From positions 337,833 to 401,832 of the forward strand of contig CP055308.1 of the NCBI GenBank assembly GCA_013374855.1: a stretch of DNA of 64,000 nucleotides. Direction: 5' to 3'. The notes beneath the pieces are model-generated. The model ran no database searches, was not told where the DNA came from, and worked only from the letters and a program-made list of their open reading frames with translations. The translations under genes were made by a program, and so were the position numbers. This document shows, piece by piece, positions 55,501 to 64,000 of the stretch. Position 1 is the stretch's first letter; each line of letters starts with the position of its first letter. This stretch comes from Candidatus Woesebacteria bacterium. GTDB taxonomy: Bacteria; Patescibacteriota; Microgenomatia; UBA8517.

Positions 55501-56274
55501 CTTACTTTGAGGACAAAGCATTCGGGGGGTATTGTGGGAGTAGACGTAACTCAAGGTCTTCCGAGGGTTGAGGAACTTTTCGAAGCAAGAACACCTAAAG
55601 TTACATCACCATTGAGTGAGATAACAGGAAAGGTGCGTATTAATGAAACTGATGAAGGGTGGAAAGTGGTTGTATTTTCTGTGCAGAAGCAGATAAAGGA
55701 GAAGAGAGAGTATATTATTTCTAAAACATTAGAATTAGCAGTAAGAGATGGCGAGGTTGTTGAAGCCGGTTCTCCTTTGGCTTATGCACCGCTTGATATA
55801 AGAGAAATCCTTTCAGTTAGCGGTTTGAAAAAAACTCAGGAATATATAGTAAGAGAGATACAAAAAGTTTATGAATCACAAGGCATACCTATACATGACA
55901 AGCATTTTGAGGTTATAGTTAGAAAAATGAGCAATAAAGTTAAGATAGTCACAGGAGGTGATACAATTTTCTTCCCCGGCGAGCTTGTTGACAAGTCTAC
56001 TTTTGAGCTAGAAAACGAAAGAATATTGGCATCTGGCGGGGAACCTGCAAGTGCACAACAGGTTATACTTGGAATCACTAGACGTGCTCTATACACAGAG
56101 AGCTGGCTTTCTGCTGCTTCTTTTGAACAAACTACTGATGTGTTAACAGAGGCTTCTCTTTTAGGAAAAGAGGACCCACTTCTTGGGTTAAAGGAGAATG
56201 TAATAATTGGTCGTCTAATACCCGTGACTAAAGAAGCTCTTGGCTTGCCTTCTAATTCTGATCTGGTAAAATAA
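52534..56274 (+). CDS. rpoC: DNA-directed RNA polymerase subunit beta-prime.
   Basis: The product has the Zn-binding CxxC motifs and the catalytic motif NADFDGDQM. Confidence 0.97.
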   Translation: MEPLSDIKDLKGFSSLMIRLASPEEIRKWSRGEVTKPETINYRTLRPEKDGLFDERIFGPTKDWECYCGKYKRIRYKGVVCDKCGVEVTLSRVRRERMGHINLACPIAHVWYFKGAPSKISLLLDIPPRSVEQVIYFARYIVILSDDKGKKQALENLEKARKERLEKIKNDYSEKKKELQDSASSEKEKIDKKIKNREQASLAKIEIDLELRKREQILTEEYNLNVERTNQLFSNLSLIVKNLREMSILSEEELEQLATYDASDFFEAKTGAEAILVALQKIDLEKLAFSLRKELGETKEDSPRFSKLTKRLKLVDGMRISKIDPSWMILRVIPVLPPDLRPMVQLSGGRFATSDLNDLYRRVINRNNRLKHLINLGAPEIILRNEKRMLQEAVDSLIDASQRKATRRGKGRQPLRSLSDMLKGKQGRFRQNLLGKRVDYSGRSVIVVGPELKFYECGLPKDMALEMFKPFVLREIIKRGIAPNVRSAKNLLEKKPPEVFDILEEITKDHPVLLNRAPTLHKLSILAFYPVLIEGSAIRLHPAVCNGFNADFDGDQMAVHVPLSKKAIEEARNLMMPQKNLLKPADGSPIATPSRKEMALGIYYLTVVDERIPKYEGVFADKEEALTALSLRKIGVRQLISVRLEGKIVETTAGRIMFNEILPSGFEFMNEAIHSGIIKEIFNKAFKICTNDELVEMIDNIKSLGFYGGTISGISFGIFDAVVYPDKEKIIGECEKKVSALEESYAQGLLTLEEKKKLTRDYWIEASDLLADKTWELMDKYNPIRVVIDAKVGRASRDQVKQLAAMRGLVVDPLGRPVELPIKSNFREGLSILEYVTSGRGSRKGLTDTALKTADAGYLTRRLVDVAHDVIIRSEDCGTNEGILINLTNLKVSDAIFKIAGRFSAKDILHPKDSKVIVAAGEIIDDDKAEEVVEAGISGVEVFSPLTCELKAGVCAKCYGWDLSNKKVVELGTPVGILAAQSIGEPGTQLTLRTKHSGGIVGVDVTQGLPRVEELFEARTPKVTSPLSEITGKVRINETDEGWKVVVFSVQKQIKEKREYIISKTLELAVRDGEVVEAGSPLAYAPLDIREILSVSGLKKTQEYIVREIQKVYESQGIPIHDKHFEVIVRKMSNKVKIVTGGDTIFFPGELVDKSTFELENERILASGGEPASAQQVILGITRRALYTESWLSAASFEQTTDVLTEASLLGKEDPLLGLKENVIIGRLIPVTKEALGLPSNSDLVK

Positions 56275-56285
56275 CTTGACACACT

Positions 56286-56720
56286 ATGCCTACAATATTT
56301 CAGCTAATCAGGAAAGGTAGAAAGCGGATTGTTAAAAAAACTAAAAAAGCTGCTTTGCGAAAGTGGCTTAATGCAAAAGATAGGACATATAAGGAGTATG
56401 ATTCTCCTTTTAAGCGGGGAGTTGTCTTGCAGGTTAGAACAATGACTCCCAAAAAACCCAATTCTGCCCTTCGCAAGGTTGCTCGTGTTAGACTTTCTAA
56501 TAAACAGGAAGTTACAGCCTATATTCCAGGGGAAGGCCATGAGTTGATAGAGCACGCTGTGGTTTTAGTAAGAGGTGGGAGAGTTAAAGATTTACCGGGT
56601 GTTAAATACCAGATAGTTAGGGGTAAGTATGATGCGACTGGAGTTGTTGGTAGAAAGACATCCCGAAGCCGTTATGGTGCCAAAAAGCCGTCCGGCCAGT
56701 CCCAGAGTGAGAGTAACTAA
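56286..56720 (+). CDS. rpsL: 30S ribosomal protein S12 (with an N-terminal insertion).
   Basis: The product reads [19 protein letters not shown]...[19 protein letters not shown]. Confidence 0.95.
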   Translation: MPTIFQLIRKGRKRIVKKTKKAALRKWLNAKDRTYKEYDSPFKRGVVLQVRTMTPKKPNSALRKVARVRLSNKQEVTAYIPGEGHELIEHAVVLVRGGRVKDLPGVKYQIVRGKYDATGVVGRKTSRSRYGAKKPSGQSQSESN

Positions 56721-56726
56721 ATAATT

Positions 56727-57203
56727 ATGGCAAGGAGAAGAAGATCGAAACCAAGAGTAATAAAACCTGATCCTGTCTTTAAGAACAGGATGGTAGCAAA
56801 GCTAATAAATGTGGCAATGCGTGATGGAAAGAAAAGCGTGGCAGAGAAGCAAGTCTATCTTGCCTTTGAGATAATAAAGGAGAAAGAAGGTGATCCAATT
56901 TCTATTTTTTCAAAGGCTCTTGAAAACATAAAGCCTTCAATGGAAGTAAGACCCAGAAGGGTTGGGGGAGCCGCCTACCAAGTACCAATGCCGGTAAGAG
57001 GAGTAAGGAAAGAATCTTTGGCTTTAAGATGGCTGGTGGCAGGAGCTCGAGCAAGACCTAATAGGGATTATCGCACCTTTGCTGAAAAATTGGCAGCTGA
57101 AATTATGGATGCTGCAGCAGGTGAGGGATTTGCTGTTAAGAAAAGGCAGGATGTAGAGAGGATGGCAGAAGCAAATCGTGCTTTTGCACACTTCCGTTGG
57201 TAA
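56727..57203 (+). CDS. rpsG: 30S ribosomal protein S7.
   Basis: The product shows uS7 family similarity over its full length. Confidence 0.95.
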   Translation: MARRRRSKPRVIKPDPVFKNRMVAKLINVAMRDGKKSVAEKQVYLAFEIIKEKEGDPISIFSKALENIKPSMEVRPRRVGGAAYQVPMPVRGVRKESLALRWLVAGARARPNRDYRTFAEKLAAEIMDAAAGEGFAVKKRQDVERMAEANRAFAHFRW

Positions 57204-57209
57204 GCTTTT

Positions 57210-59384
57210 ATGTCCCAAGTTCAAGCGACTAAGAAAAAGGCAGCTTTGGTTTTTACGGCCACAAAGGACCGCAATCTTCCTATGGAAAAAATTAGAAACA
57301 TAGGAATTATTGCCCATATTGATGCTGGAAAAACTACAACCACAGAAAGAATTCTTTTTGAGACAGGGAGAACATATCGTTTGGGTTCTGTAGATGAAGG
57401 GACAACCGCTACTGACTGGATGGAACAGGAAAGAGAGAGGGGAATTACAATTGTATCGGCTGCTATTACCACTTTTTGGACTCTCAAAAAACAGACTTCA
57501 GTGGGTGAAGGTCAGTATAGGATTAATATTATTGATACTCCAGGCCATATTGATTTTACCGCGGAAGTTGAGAGATCGCTTCGAGTTTTAGATGGCGCTG
57601 TGATGGTTTTTGATGGTAGAACTGGGGTTGAAAGCCAGTCTGAAACTGTTTGGCATCAGGCTGATAAGTACAATGTACCAAGAATATGTGTTTTGAATAA
57701 ACTTAATTTAATAGGTGCTGATTTTGAAGGCAGCATCAAATCTATTCAGGAGAGACTAGGTGCGAATGCCGCTCCTGTTGTGTATCCGATTGGGATAGAA
57801 CATAGCCTAAGGGGGGTTGTTGATTTGGTGAAAATGAAAGCTTATACCTATTCTTCAATAGAAGATAACAAACTAATCGAAGAGGAGGTTTCTTCTGATT
57901 TGTTGGAAATTTGTCAAAGATACAGAAGCGAACTTTTGGAAAAGGTTGCAGAGTTTGATGATGATGTTTTGGCAAAATATTTAAATGGCGAGGAACTTAA
58001 AGAGGAAGAAATTAAGCGGGCAATTAGAAAAGGAGTAGTAAGCGGTAAGTTTTTCCCCATATTTGGAGGTGATAACCGAACTGCTACTGTTCAACTTCTT
58101 CTTGATGGTGTTGTTGAGTATTTACCATCTCCTGTAGATCTTCCGCCTGTAAAGGGAATTAATCCTAAGACAGGTCAGGAAGAATCAAGGGAATCAAAAT
58201 ATGAAGCTCCATTTTCAGCTTTGGCTTTTAAAGTAATGACCGACCCTCATGTTGGTCGATTGGTTTATCTTAGAGTTTATTCTGGAATTATTAAAACAGG
58301 ACAGCAGGTTCTAAACACAACGAAATCTGTTAATGAGAGAATTGGAAAGCTAGTTCTTCTACATGCTGACCAGAGGGAATTAATAGAAGAAGCTTATGCG
58401 GGAGAAATAGTGGCTGCGGTAGGCCTTAAGGATACAACAACGGGTCATACTTTATGCGATCCTGCAAATCCAATAGTTTTGGAATCTATAAAATTTCCTG
58501 ATCCTGTTATTTCTTTGGCTATAGAACCAGCTACCAAATCTGATCAGGAGAAAATGGGAATTGCTCTTAGCAAGCTTCTAGATGAGGACCCTACTTTTCG
58601 AGTTAAATCCAATCAAGAAACAGGACAAACAATAGTTTCTGGAATGGGTGAACTTCAGCTTGAAATTCTAGTTGACAGAATGAAGAGGGAATTTGGGGTA
58701 GAGGCAAAGATGGGCGCGCCACAGGTTGCTTATAGGGAAACTATTAAAAGGACAGGTAAAGGGGAAGGAAAATATATTAGGCAGACTGGAGGTAGAGGAC
58801 AATATGGACATTGTTTTGTTAGAATCGAGCCTTTGGGTAGAGGCGAGGGGATTAAGTTTGTTTCAGAAATAAAAGGTGGAGCGATTCCAGCAGAATTTAT
58901 CCCAGCGGTCGAAAAAGGTGTAAAAGAGAAGTTAGAGAACGGAATTCTTGCAGGGTATCCGATAACTGATATTGCAGTTTATCTTTATGACGGAACATAT
59001 CACGAGGTTGATTCTTCGGAAATTGCTTTCAAGATAGCAGGTTCTATGGCAGTGGAACAGGCGGCACGTCAGGCCGATCTTGTTCTTCTTGAGCCGATAG
59101 TAAAAGTTGAAGTGGCAACTCCCAAAGAGTTTATGGGTGATATTATAGGTGATTTATCTTCCAAGAGAGCACAAATTCAAGGTACAGAGGAAAAGGGTGG
59201 AATGACCTACATTTATGCTTTTGCTCCGCTGGCAGAACTCTCTGGTTATGTGACAAAGATCAGGTCTATTTCTCAAGGAAGAGCTGTTCCCTATATTGAA
59301 CCAAGTCATTATGAGGAAGTTCCTAAGAATATTGCAGATCAGATAATAGAAAAGGCTGGGAAAGTGGTAATGCCAAGAAGCTAA
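57210..59384 (+). CDS. fusA: Elongation factor G. The true start may instead be the internal Met about 23 codons downstream (MEKIRNIGIIAHIDAGKTTT).
   Basis: The product has the GTPase motifs and EF-G domains II-V. Confidence 0.95.
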   Translation: MSQVQATKKKAALVFTATKDRNLPMEKIRNIGIIAHIDAGKTTTTERILFETGRTYRLGSVDEGTTATDWMEQERERGITIVSAAITTFWTLKKQTSVGEGQYRINIIDTPGHIDFTAEVERSLRVLDGAVMVFDGRTGVESQSETVWHQADKYNVPRICVLNKLNLIGADFEGSIKSIQERLGANAAPVVYPIGIEHSLRGVVDLVKMKAYTYSSIEDNKLIEEEVSSDLLEICQRYRSELLEKVAEFDDDVLAKYLNGEELKEEEIKRAIRKGVVSGKFFPIFGGDNRTATVQLLLDGVVEYLPSPVDLPPVKGINPKTGQEESRESKYEAPFSALAFKVMTDPHVGRLVYLRVYSGIIKTGQQVLNTTKSVNERIGKLVLLHADQRELIEEAYAGEIVAAVGLKDTTTGHTLCDPANPIVLESIKFPDPVISLAIEPATKSDQEKMGIALSKLLDEDPTFRVKSNQETGQTIVSGMGELQLEILVDRMKREFGVEAKMGAPQVAYRETIKRTGKGEGKYIRQTGGRGQYGHCFVRIEPLGRGEGIKFVSEIKGGAIPAEFIPAVEKGVKEKLENGILAGYPITDIAVYLYDGTYHEVDSSEIAFKIAGSMAVEQAARQADLVLLEPIVKVEVATPKEFMGDIIGDLSSKRAQIQGTEEKGGMTYIYAFAPLAELSGYVTKIRSISQGRAVPYIEPSHYEEVPKNIADQIIEKAGKVVMPRS

Positions 59385-59393
59385 CTTTGCCTC

Positions 59394-59423
59394 TTGACAA
59401 ACTATTTTGTCCTTGATTATAAT
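59394..59423 (+). promoter_or_regulatory. Near-consensus sigma-70 promoter TTGACA-N18-TATAAT upstream of tuf.
   Basis: The hexamers were read directly in the fusA-tuf spacer. Confidence 0.5.
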
Positions 59424-59471
59424 CACGCCTAGTATTGAATGGGCCCTTGTGGTCTAAATTTTTTAAAAAAT

Positions 59472-60671
59472 ATGGCAGGAGAAGCAAGACAAAAATTTGA
59501 AAGAACAAAACCCCATGTTAATATTGGTACTATTGGTCATGTAGATCATGGGAAGACTACGTTGACTGCAGCTATTACCACTGTTCTATCAAAACAGCCT
59601 GGTAACAACACAAAGGCTTATAAGTTTGATGAAATAGATAGTGCTCCAGAAGAAAAAGCAAGAGGTGTTACAATAAATATTTCCCATCTTGAGTACGAGA
59701 CAGAAAAGCGGCACTATGCTCACATAGATGCGCCGGGTCATGCTGATTATATCAAGAATATGATTACTGGCGCTGCACAAATGGATGGTGCGATTCTTGT
59801 AATATCAGCAGCTGATGGTCCGATGCCCCAAACCAGAGAGCATGTAATCTTGGCTCGTCAAGTTAATGTTCCAGCTATTGTTGTGTTCTTAAACAAGGTA
59901 GATACAGTAGATGATCCTGAAATTGTCGATCTTGTTGAAGCTGACGTGAGAGAGCTTCTTAAAAAGTATGAATATCCTGGTGACGAAGTGCCTGTAATTA
60001 GAGGATCAGCTCTAAAAGCTCTTGAGGGTGATCCAGAAGCGGAAAAACAAATATTAGAGTTAATGAAAGCTGTCGATGAGTATATTCCTCAGCCTCAAAG
60101 AGATGTTGATAAACCTTTCTTGATGCCTATTGAGGATGTTTTCTCGATTAAAGGGAGAGGTACTGTTGTCACAGGAAGAGTTGAAAGAGGTAAATTAACT
60201 GTAAATGAAGAAGTTGAAATTGTTGGTCTTCGCTCTACTCAAAAAACTGTGGTTACTGGTATTGAGATGTTTAGAAAAACTCTAGATTATGCTGAAGCTG
60301 GTGATAACGTTGGGGTACTTTTGAGAGGAATAGAAAAGGATCAAGTAGAAAGAGGTCAAGTTGTGGCAAAGCCGGGAACAATTACACCACACACTGAATT
60401 TGAAGCGGAAGTTTATATCTTGAGTAAAGAAGAAGGCGGAAGGCATACACCATTCTTTTCCGGATACAAGCCGCAATTTTTCATAAAGACAGCAGACATT
60501 ACAGGAGAAATAACTTTGCCTGAAGGTATAGAAATGGTAATGCCTGGGGATAACGCTAAAATGAGGGTTAAACTTATTCAGCCTGTGGCGATGGAAGAAG
60601 GATTTAGGTTTGCAATTCGCGAAGGTGGAAGTACGGTTGGTGCGGGTGTTATAACCAAAGTTATTGCTTAA
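59472..60671 (+). CDS. tuf: Elongation factor Tu. The start was moved to [17 protein letters not shown].
   Basis: The product reads [15 protein letters not shown] and is EF-Tu along its full length. Confidence 0.97.
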   Translation: MAGEARQKFERTKPHVNIGTIGHVDHGKTTLTAAITTVLSKQPGNNTKAYKFDEIDSAPEEKARGVTINISHLEYETEKRHYAHIDAPGHADYIKNMITGAAQMDGAILVISAADGPMPQTREHVILARQVNVPAIVVFLNKVDTVDDPEIVDLVEADVRELLKKYEYPGDEVPVIRGSALKALEGDPEAEKQILELMKAVDEYIPQPQRDVDKPFLMPIEDVFSIKGRGTVVTGRVERGKLTVNEEVEIVGLRSTQKTVVTGIEMFRKTLDYAEAGDNVGVLLRGIEKDQVERGQVVAKPGTITPHTEFEAEVYILSKEEGGRHTPFFSGYKPQFFIKTADITGEITLPEGIEMVMPGDNAKMRVKLIQPVAMEEGFRFAIREGGSTVGAGVITKVIA

Positions 60672-60695
60672 TTTGCTCTTTGAGGCACTCTAACT

Positions 60696-61004
60696 ATGGT
60701 AGTAGGAAGCTTAAGAGTTAAGCTTAAAAGCTATGATCATCGGGTTTTGGATGAGGCTTCAGCCAAAATATTGGATGCGGCAATAGTTAGTGGTGCCAAA
60801 ATAAGGGGTCCAATTCCTCTCCCTACAAAAAGAAGTGTTATTTCTGTTGTCAAGTCTCCCTTCACCGATAAGAATGCGCAAGAACATTTTGAAGTACTTG
60901 TTCACAAAAGATTAATTGAAATAGAAAATCCTTCAGATAGAACCATAGACGCTCTTTCTAATCTTGAACTTCCTGCAGGTGTTTCTGTTGAAGTTAAAAT
61001 GTAG
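60696..61004 (+). CDS. rpsJ: 30S ribosomal protein S10.
   Basis: The product shows uS10 similarity (RVKLKSYDHRVLDEA...). Confidence 0.95.
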   Translation: MVVGSLRVKLKSYDHRVLDEASAKILDAAIVSGAKIRGPIPLPTKRSVISVVKSPFTDKNAQEHFEVLVHKRLIEIENPSDRTIDALSNLELPAGVSVEVKM

Positions 61005-61112
61005 TTTTTTATCGTTTACTTTCTTCTTGCCTCTTTTGTTACTCTTTGTTATAATTTATTTATCGTGGATAAAGTTCGTCATTAGCCACGGGTTTTTTAG
61101 GAGGCCAGATGG

Positions 61113-61133
61113 GGCGCCTTCGGCGCCTTTTTT
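61113..61133 (+). terminator. GC-rich hairpin GGCGCC-ttc-GGCGCC followed by a T6 tract, in the rpsJ-rplC spacer; an intrinsic terminator or attenuator candidate.
   Basis: The perfect 6-bp stem, 3-nt loop and trailing TTTTTT were read from the sequence. The element is unusually GC-rich for this genome and lies about 12 nt upstream of the rplC ATG. Confidence 0.45.
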
Positions 61134-61144
61134 GTGTCAAAAAT

Positions 61145-61879
61145 ATGATAAAGACATTGTTTGGAAACAAAGTAAAAATGGATCAAACTTTTATTGATGG
61201 AGTGCGTATTCCCATTACTTGGATATTGCTCTCTAAAGGAGTAGTAACTCAGGTCAAAGATGCTGAAACAGATGGTTACTTTGCTGTTCAATTAGGGTTT
61301 GGGGAGGCTGATGAGAAAAAAATATCTAAATCTATAAGAGGGCACTTGAAAAAAAGTGCTAAGGTTAGTAGTTTGCCTCGTGTTTTAAGAGAAGTAAGGC
61401 TTAAAAAGAGTGCAGAAGTTAAAATTGGTGATGAGATTGACCCTTTTGAGGTTTTCAAGGTTGGTGATGAAGTGGAAGTCTCTGGTGTTTCCAAGGGAAA
61501 GGGATTTGCTGGAGTAGTTAAAAGATGGAAGTTTGCTGGAGGTCCTAAAACCCATGGTCAATCCGACCGCCAAAGGGCACCTGGTTCTATTGGTCAAGGT
61601 ACTACACCGGGGAGGGTCTATAAAGGCAAAAGAATGGCAGGGAGGATGGGGCAAGAAACAGTGACTGTTAAGGGTTTGAAGGTAGTTTTAGTGAAGCCTG
61701 AAGAAAATTTGATTGCGCTATCTGGTCCCGTGCCCGGCAGGCCTGGTAGTTTATTGAAAATTACTAGAGCCAGGTCAGGTAGTCTTAAAGAATTAACTAG
61801 GGAAGTTGAACAGGTGCAAATGCAGCAAGAAGATACGGAAGAGAAAAAGGAGGAACAAAATGAAAATAAAGAAGAATAA
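61145..61879 (+). CDS. rplC: 50S ribosomal protein L3 with an acidic C-terminal extension. The start was moved to the internal ATG.
   Basis: The product shows uL3 similarity (KFAGGPKTHGQSDRQRAPGSIGQGTTPGRV). Confidence 0.95.
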   Translation: MIKTLFGNKVKMDQTFIDGVRIPITWILLSKGVVTQVKDAETDGYFAVQLGFGEADEKKISKSIRGHLKKSAKVSSLPRVLREVRLKKSAEVKIGDEIDPFEVFKVGDEVEVSGVSKGKGFAGVVKRWKFAGGPKTHGQSDRQRAPGSIGQGTTPGRVYKGKRMAGRMGQETVTVKGLKVVLVKPEENLIALSGPVPGRPGSLLKITRARSGSLKELTREVEQVQMQQEDTEEKKEEQNENKEE

Positions 61880-62525
61880 AAATAATATTCAAATTAATAT
61901 TTTCTCTAAGGATGGGGTTAAGAGTGGAAAAATTGTCTTGCCAGAGGATTTTGTTGTTAGTTATTCCCCTATTCTTTTAGGCCAATACCTTCGTGTTTTT
62001 GAGAACAATACCCACTCTAAGGTTCCTGTGAGGAAAACTCGATCGGCAGTTTCCATATCAAAAAGGAAAATTTACAGACAAAAAGGGACAGGCAGAGCCC
62101 GACATGGAGCAAGATCAGCCCCCATTTTTGTAGGCGGTGGTTTGGCGCATGGCCCCAAAGGTTTAAAGAGATTTTTGGCAATTCCATCTTCTTTCAAAAA
62201 GAAGGCGCTTCTTCTTGCGTTGAACTTAAAGGTAAAGGAAAATAAGTTGGTTTCTGTTTCTTCATTTTTTGAATTCAAGAAGATAAAAGAGGTCTTGGAA
62301 TTTATCAAAAAGGTTTCTGAGATTTTAAAGACAAGCACAAATAGAGTATTGTTTGTGACAACTGAAGATTCTTACAAAGAAACTTCTAGGAAATTTTCCA
62401 ATATAGCAGGCCTTGTTGTCAGGAATTATGCTAATATAAACGCTTACGATGTTTTTGTAAGCAATTTAGTTGTTCTAGAGTCGGGTTTATTTGAAAAAAA
62501 TAATAAAGAAAATGCTAAAAATTAA
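61860..62525 (+). CDS. rplD: 50S ribosomal protein L4. The start is at the ATG following the AAGGAGG RBS; the ORF track begins at an upstream TTG.
   Basis: The product shows uL4 similarity (KGTGRARHGARSAPIFVGGGLAHGPK). Confidence 0.9.
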   Translation: MKIKKNKNNIQINIFSKDGVKSGKIVLPEDFVVSYSPILLGQYLRVFENNTHSKVPVRKTRSAVSISKRKIYRQKGTGRARHGARSAPIFVGGGLAHGPKGLKRFLAIPSSFKKKALLLALNLKVKENKLVSVSSFFEFKKIKEVLEFIKKVSEILKTSTNRVLFVTTEDSYKETSRKFSNIAGLVVRNYANINAYDVFVSNLVVLESGLFEKNNKENAKN

Positions 62526-62793
62526 GCCAGTTATTACAGAAAAAAGTGTTGCAGAGGCAAAAAGAGGTAGTTATACCTTTTTTGTTCCAAGGTCTTTTAG
62601 TAAGTTTGATATTAAATCAGCTGTTTCATCCATTTTTGGGGTTAAGGTTAAGGAAGTTAAAACCTTGTCAGTTTCAAAATTGGTAAGGAGGGGTATTGGC
62701 AGGCTTCCAAAGAAAAGAATCTTTCTTAAAAAGGCAATAGTTAAGTTATATCCTAAAGAAAAAATAGATTTGTTTGAGATTAAGGAAAAGTAG
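62512..62793 (+). CDS. rplW: 50S ribosomal protein L23. The start was moved to the internal ATG ([12 protein letters not shown]).
   Basis: The product shows uL23 similarity. Confidence 0.9.
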   Translation: MLKIKPVITEKSVAEAKRGSYTFFVPRSFSKFDIKSAVSSIFGVKVKEVKTLSVSKLVRRGIGRLPKKRIFLKKAIVKLYPKEKIDLFEIKEK

Positions 62794-62795
62794 AT

Positions 62796-63545
62796 ATGAA
62801 ACTAAAAGAAATTTTAAAGAAGAGTTCTGGTAGAAATTCTCAAGGGAAGGTGACTGTTAGGCACCAAGGTGGTGGTGTGAAAAGGTTTTTGAGAAGGGTA
62901 GATTTTAGGAGGGACAAAATAGATATACCAGCCACGGTTGAGTCTATAGAATATGATCCTAACAGGAATGCAAATATAGCCCTTGTTTGTTATAAAGATG
63001 GGGAAAGAAGATATATTCTTGCTCCTTTAGGCCTTAAAGTTGGTGATACTGTTATTTCTTCTGATTATGCTTCACTTGAGCCGGGAAACGCACTTCCTTT
63101 AAGTAAAATTCCTGTTGGTACTCAAATTCATAATATTGAGATCAAACCCGGTAAAGGGGGACAAATTGTGCGAGGTGCTGGGCTTTCCGCTTCTGTTTTT
63201 GGTAAAGAAAAAGATTTTGTTTTGGTGAAATTACCGTCGGGTGAGGTGAGGAGGTTTAATGGAGATTGTAGGGCTACCATAGGTCAAGTTGGTAATGAAG
63301 GTTACCGCAATATTGTTTGGGGTAAAGCGGGTCGAATCATAAGACGTGGCATAAGACCTACAGTTCGAGGAACAGCACAGCATCCCGCTTCTCATCCTCA
63401 TGGGGGAGGAGAGGGAAGAAGTGGAGTGGGAATGAAGCACCCTAAGACTCCTTATGGCAAACCTGCTGTGGGTAGAACCAGAAAGAAAAGAAAATATTCT
63501 GATAAGTTGATAGTTAAGCCAAAGAAGGCGGGCAATCATTCTTAA
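62796..63545 (+). CDS. rplB: 50S ribosomal protein L2 (a short form).
   Basis: The product shows uL2 similarity ([19 protein letters not shown]...[13 protein letters not shown]). Confidence 0.95.
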   Translation: MKLKEILKKSSGRNSQGKVTVRHQGGGVKRFLRRVDFRRDKIDIPATVESIEYDPNRNANIALVCYKDGERRYILAPLGLKVGDTVISSDYASLEPGNALPLSKIPVGTQIHNIEIKPGKGGQIVRGAGLSASVFGKEKDFVLVKLPSGEVRRFNGDCRATIGQVGNEGYRNIVWGKAGRIIRRGIRPTVRGTAQHPASHPHGGGEGRSGVGMKHPKTPYGKPAVGRTRKKRKYSDKLIVKPKKAGNHS

Positions 63546-63553
63546 TTCAGTTT

Positions 63554-63835
63554 ATGTCAAGAAGTACTAAAAAGGGTCCATATGTAGATAAAAATCTTTT
63601 GAAGAAGATTGCGGCTGGCTTGGGAGACAAAAACAACCCTATCAAGACATGGGCTCGTTCGAGCCAAATACCCCCAGAGTTTGTTGGGAAGTATTTTAAA
63701 GTGCACAATGGTCGAGTTTTTATCGATGTTTTTGTGACTGAGGATATGGTCGGTCATCGGTTGGGGGAATTTGCACCAACAAGAACTTTTCGTGGTCATG
63801 GTCAGATGGTTAAGAGGATTATAGAAAAAACCTAG
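63554..63835 (+). CDS. rpsS: 30S ribosomal protein S19.
   Basis: The product shows uS19 similarity ([14 protein letters not shown]...[32 protein letters not shown]). Confidence 0.95.
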   Translation: MSRSTKKGPYVDKNLLKKIAAGLGDKNNPIKTWARSSQIPPEFVGKYFKVHNGRVFIDVFVTEDMVGHRLGEFAPTRTFRGHGQMVKRIIEKT

Positions 63836-63844
63836 AAAGTAATA

Positions 63845-64000
63845 TGGAATTTAAAGCAGAACAAAAATATGCAAAGATTTCACCTACTAAGGTTAGACCT
63901 TTGGTGTTGAGAATTAAACCTATGGAAATAGGAGAAGCATTAGAAATTTTACCACTGGTTCCAAATAGAGGAGCATCTTTTTTAATAAAGGTTATCAAGT
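63845..64000 (+). CDS. rplV: 50S ribosomal protein L22, N-terminal fragment; the gene continues beyond the window.
   Basis: The product reads MEFKAEQKYAKISPTKVRPLVLRIKPMEIGEALEIL and sits at the expected S10-operon position after rpsS. Confidence 0.85.

Overview
AT-rich, gene-dense bacterial window with a strongly conserved core-gene backbone. Backbone genes: hrcA-grpE-dnaK; clpB-dnaJ; nusA-infB; rpsO-pnp; rnj; ftsK; alaS; ruvX; mltG; rpoB-rpoC-rpsL-rpsG-fusA-tuf-rpsJ-rplC-rplD-rplW-rplB-rpsS-rplV. Many core proteins are shortened forms: ClpB without an N-domain, DnaJ without a Zn-finger, a 477-aa IF-2, AlaRS without a C-Ala domain, and a short L2. Together with a sortase gene this suggests a small-genome monoderm lineage, possibly Patescibacteria/CPR, but that is an inference. 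No rRNA, tRNA or CRISPR was seen. The unusual part is a cell-surface system. A long minus-strand operon (about 3.3-12.7 kb) starts with rpsT, pilN and pilO and continues with seven surface proteins. Several of these proteins share a bespoke N-terminal TM-QxIREKA module and non-canonical C-terminal sorting signals of the form P-[DE]-[AS]-G-x-[SK]-TPT followed by a TM. One protein carries a cohesin-like domain and another a dockerin. A second cohesin protein sits at 26.2 kb. Two large secreted enzyme-like proteins (22.7 kb and 45.1 kb) end in a 660-bp CBM4_9-like plus dockerin cassette that is 100% identical at the nucleotide level. A sortase gene lies at 44.0 kb, and two GT39/PMT-type membrane glycosyltransferases flank the operon end. 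Other observations: CIRCE operators before hrcA and clpB; a catalytically dead NrnA-like protein; a Lon-like AAA+ module without a protease domain; an FtsA/PilM-like domain fused to a TM and a large ectodomain; and a GC hairpin with a U-tract inside the S10 operon. Coordinates of small non-CDS sites are hand-counted from the 60-column layout; for at least the clpB start the count was 1 nt off the ORF track (unresolved), so read them as +/-1-2 nt.
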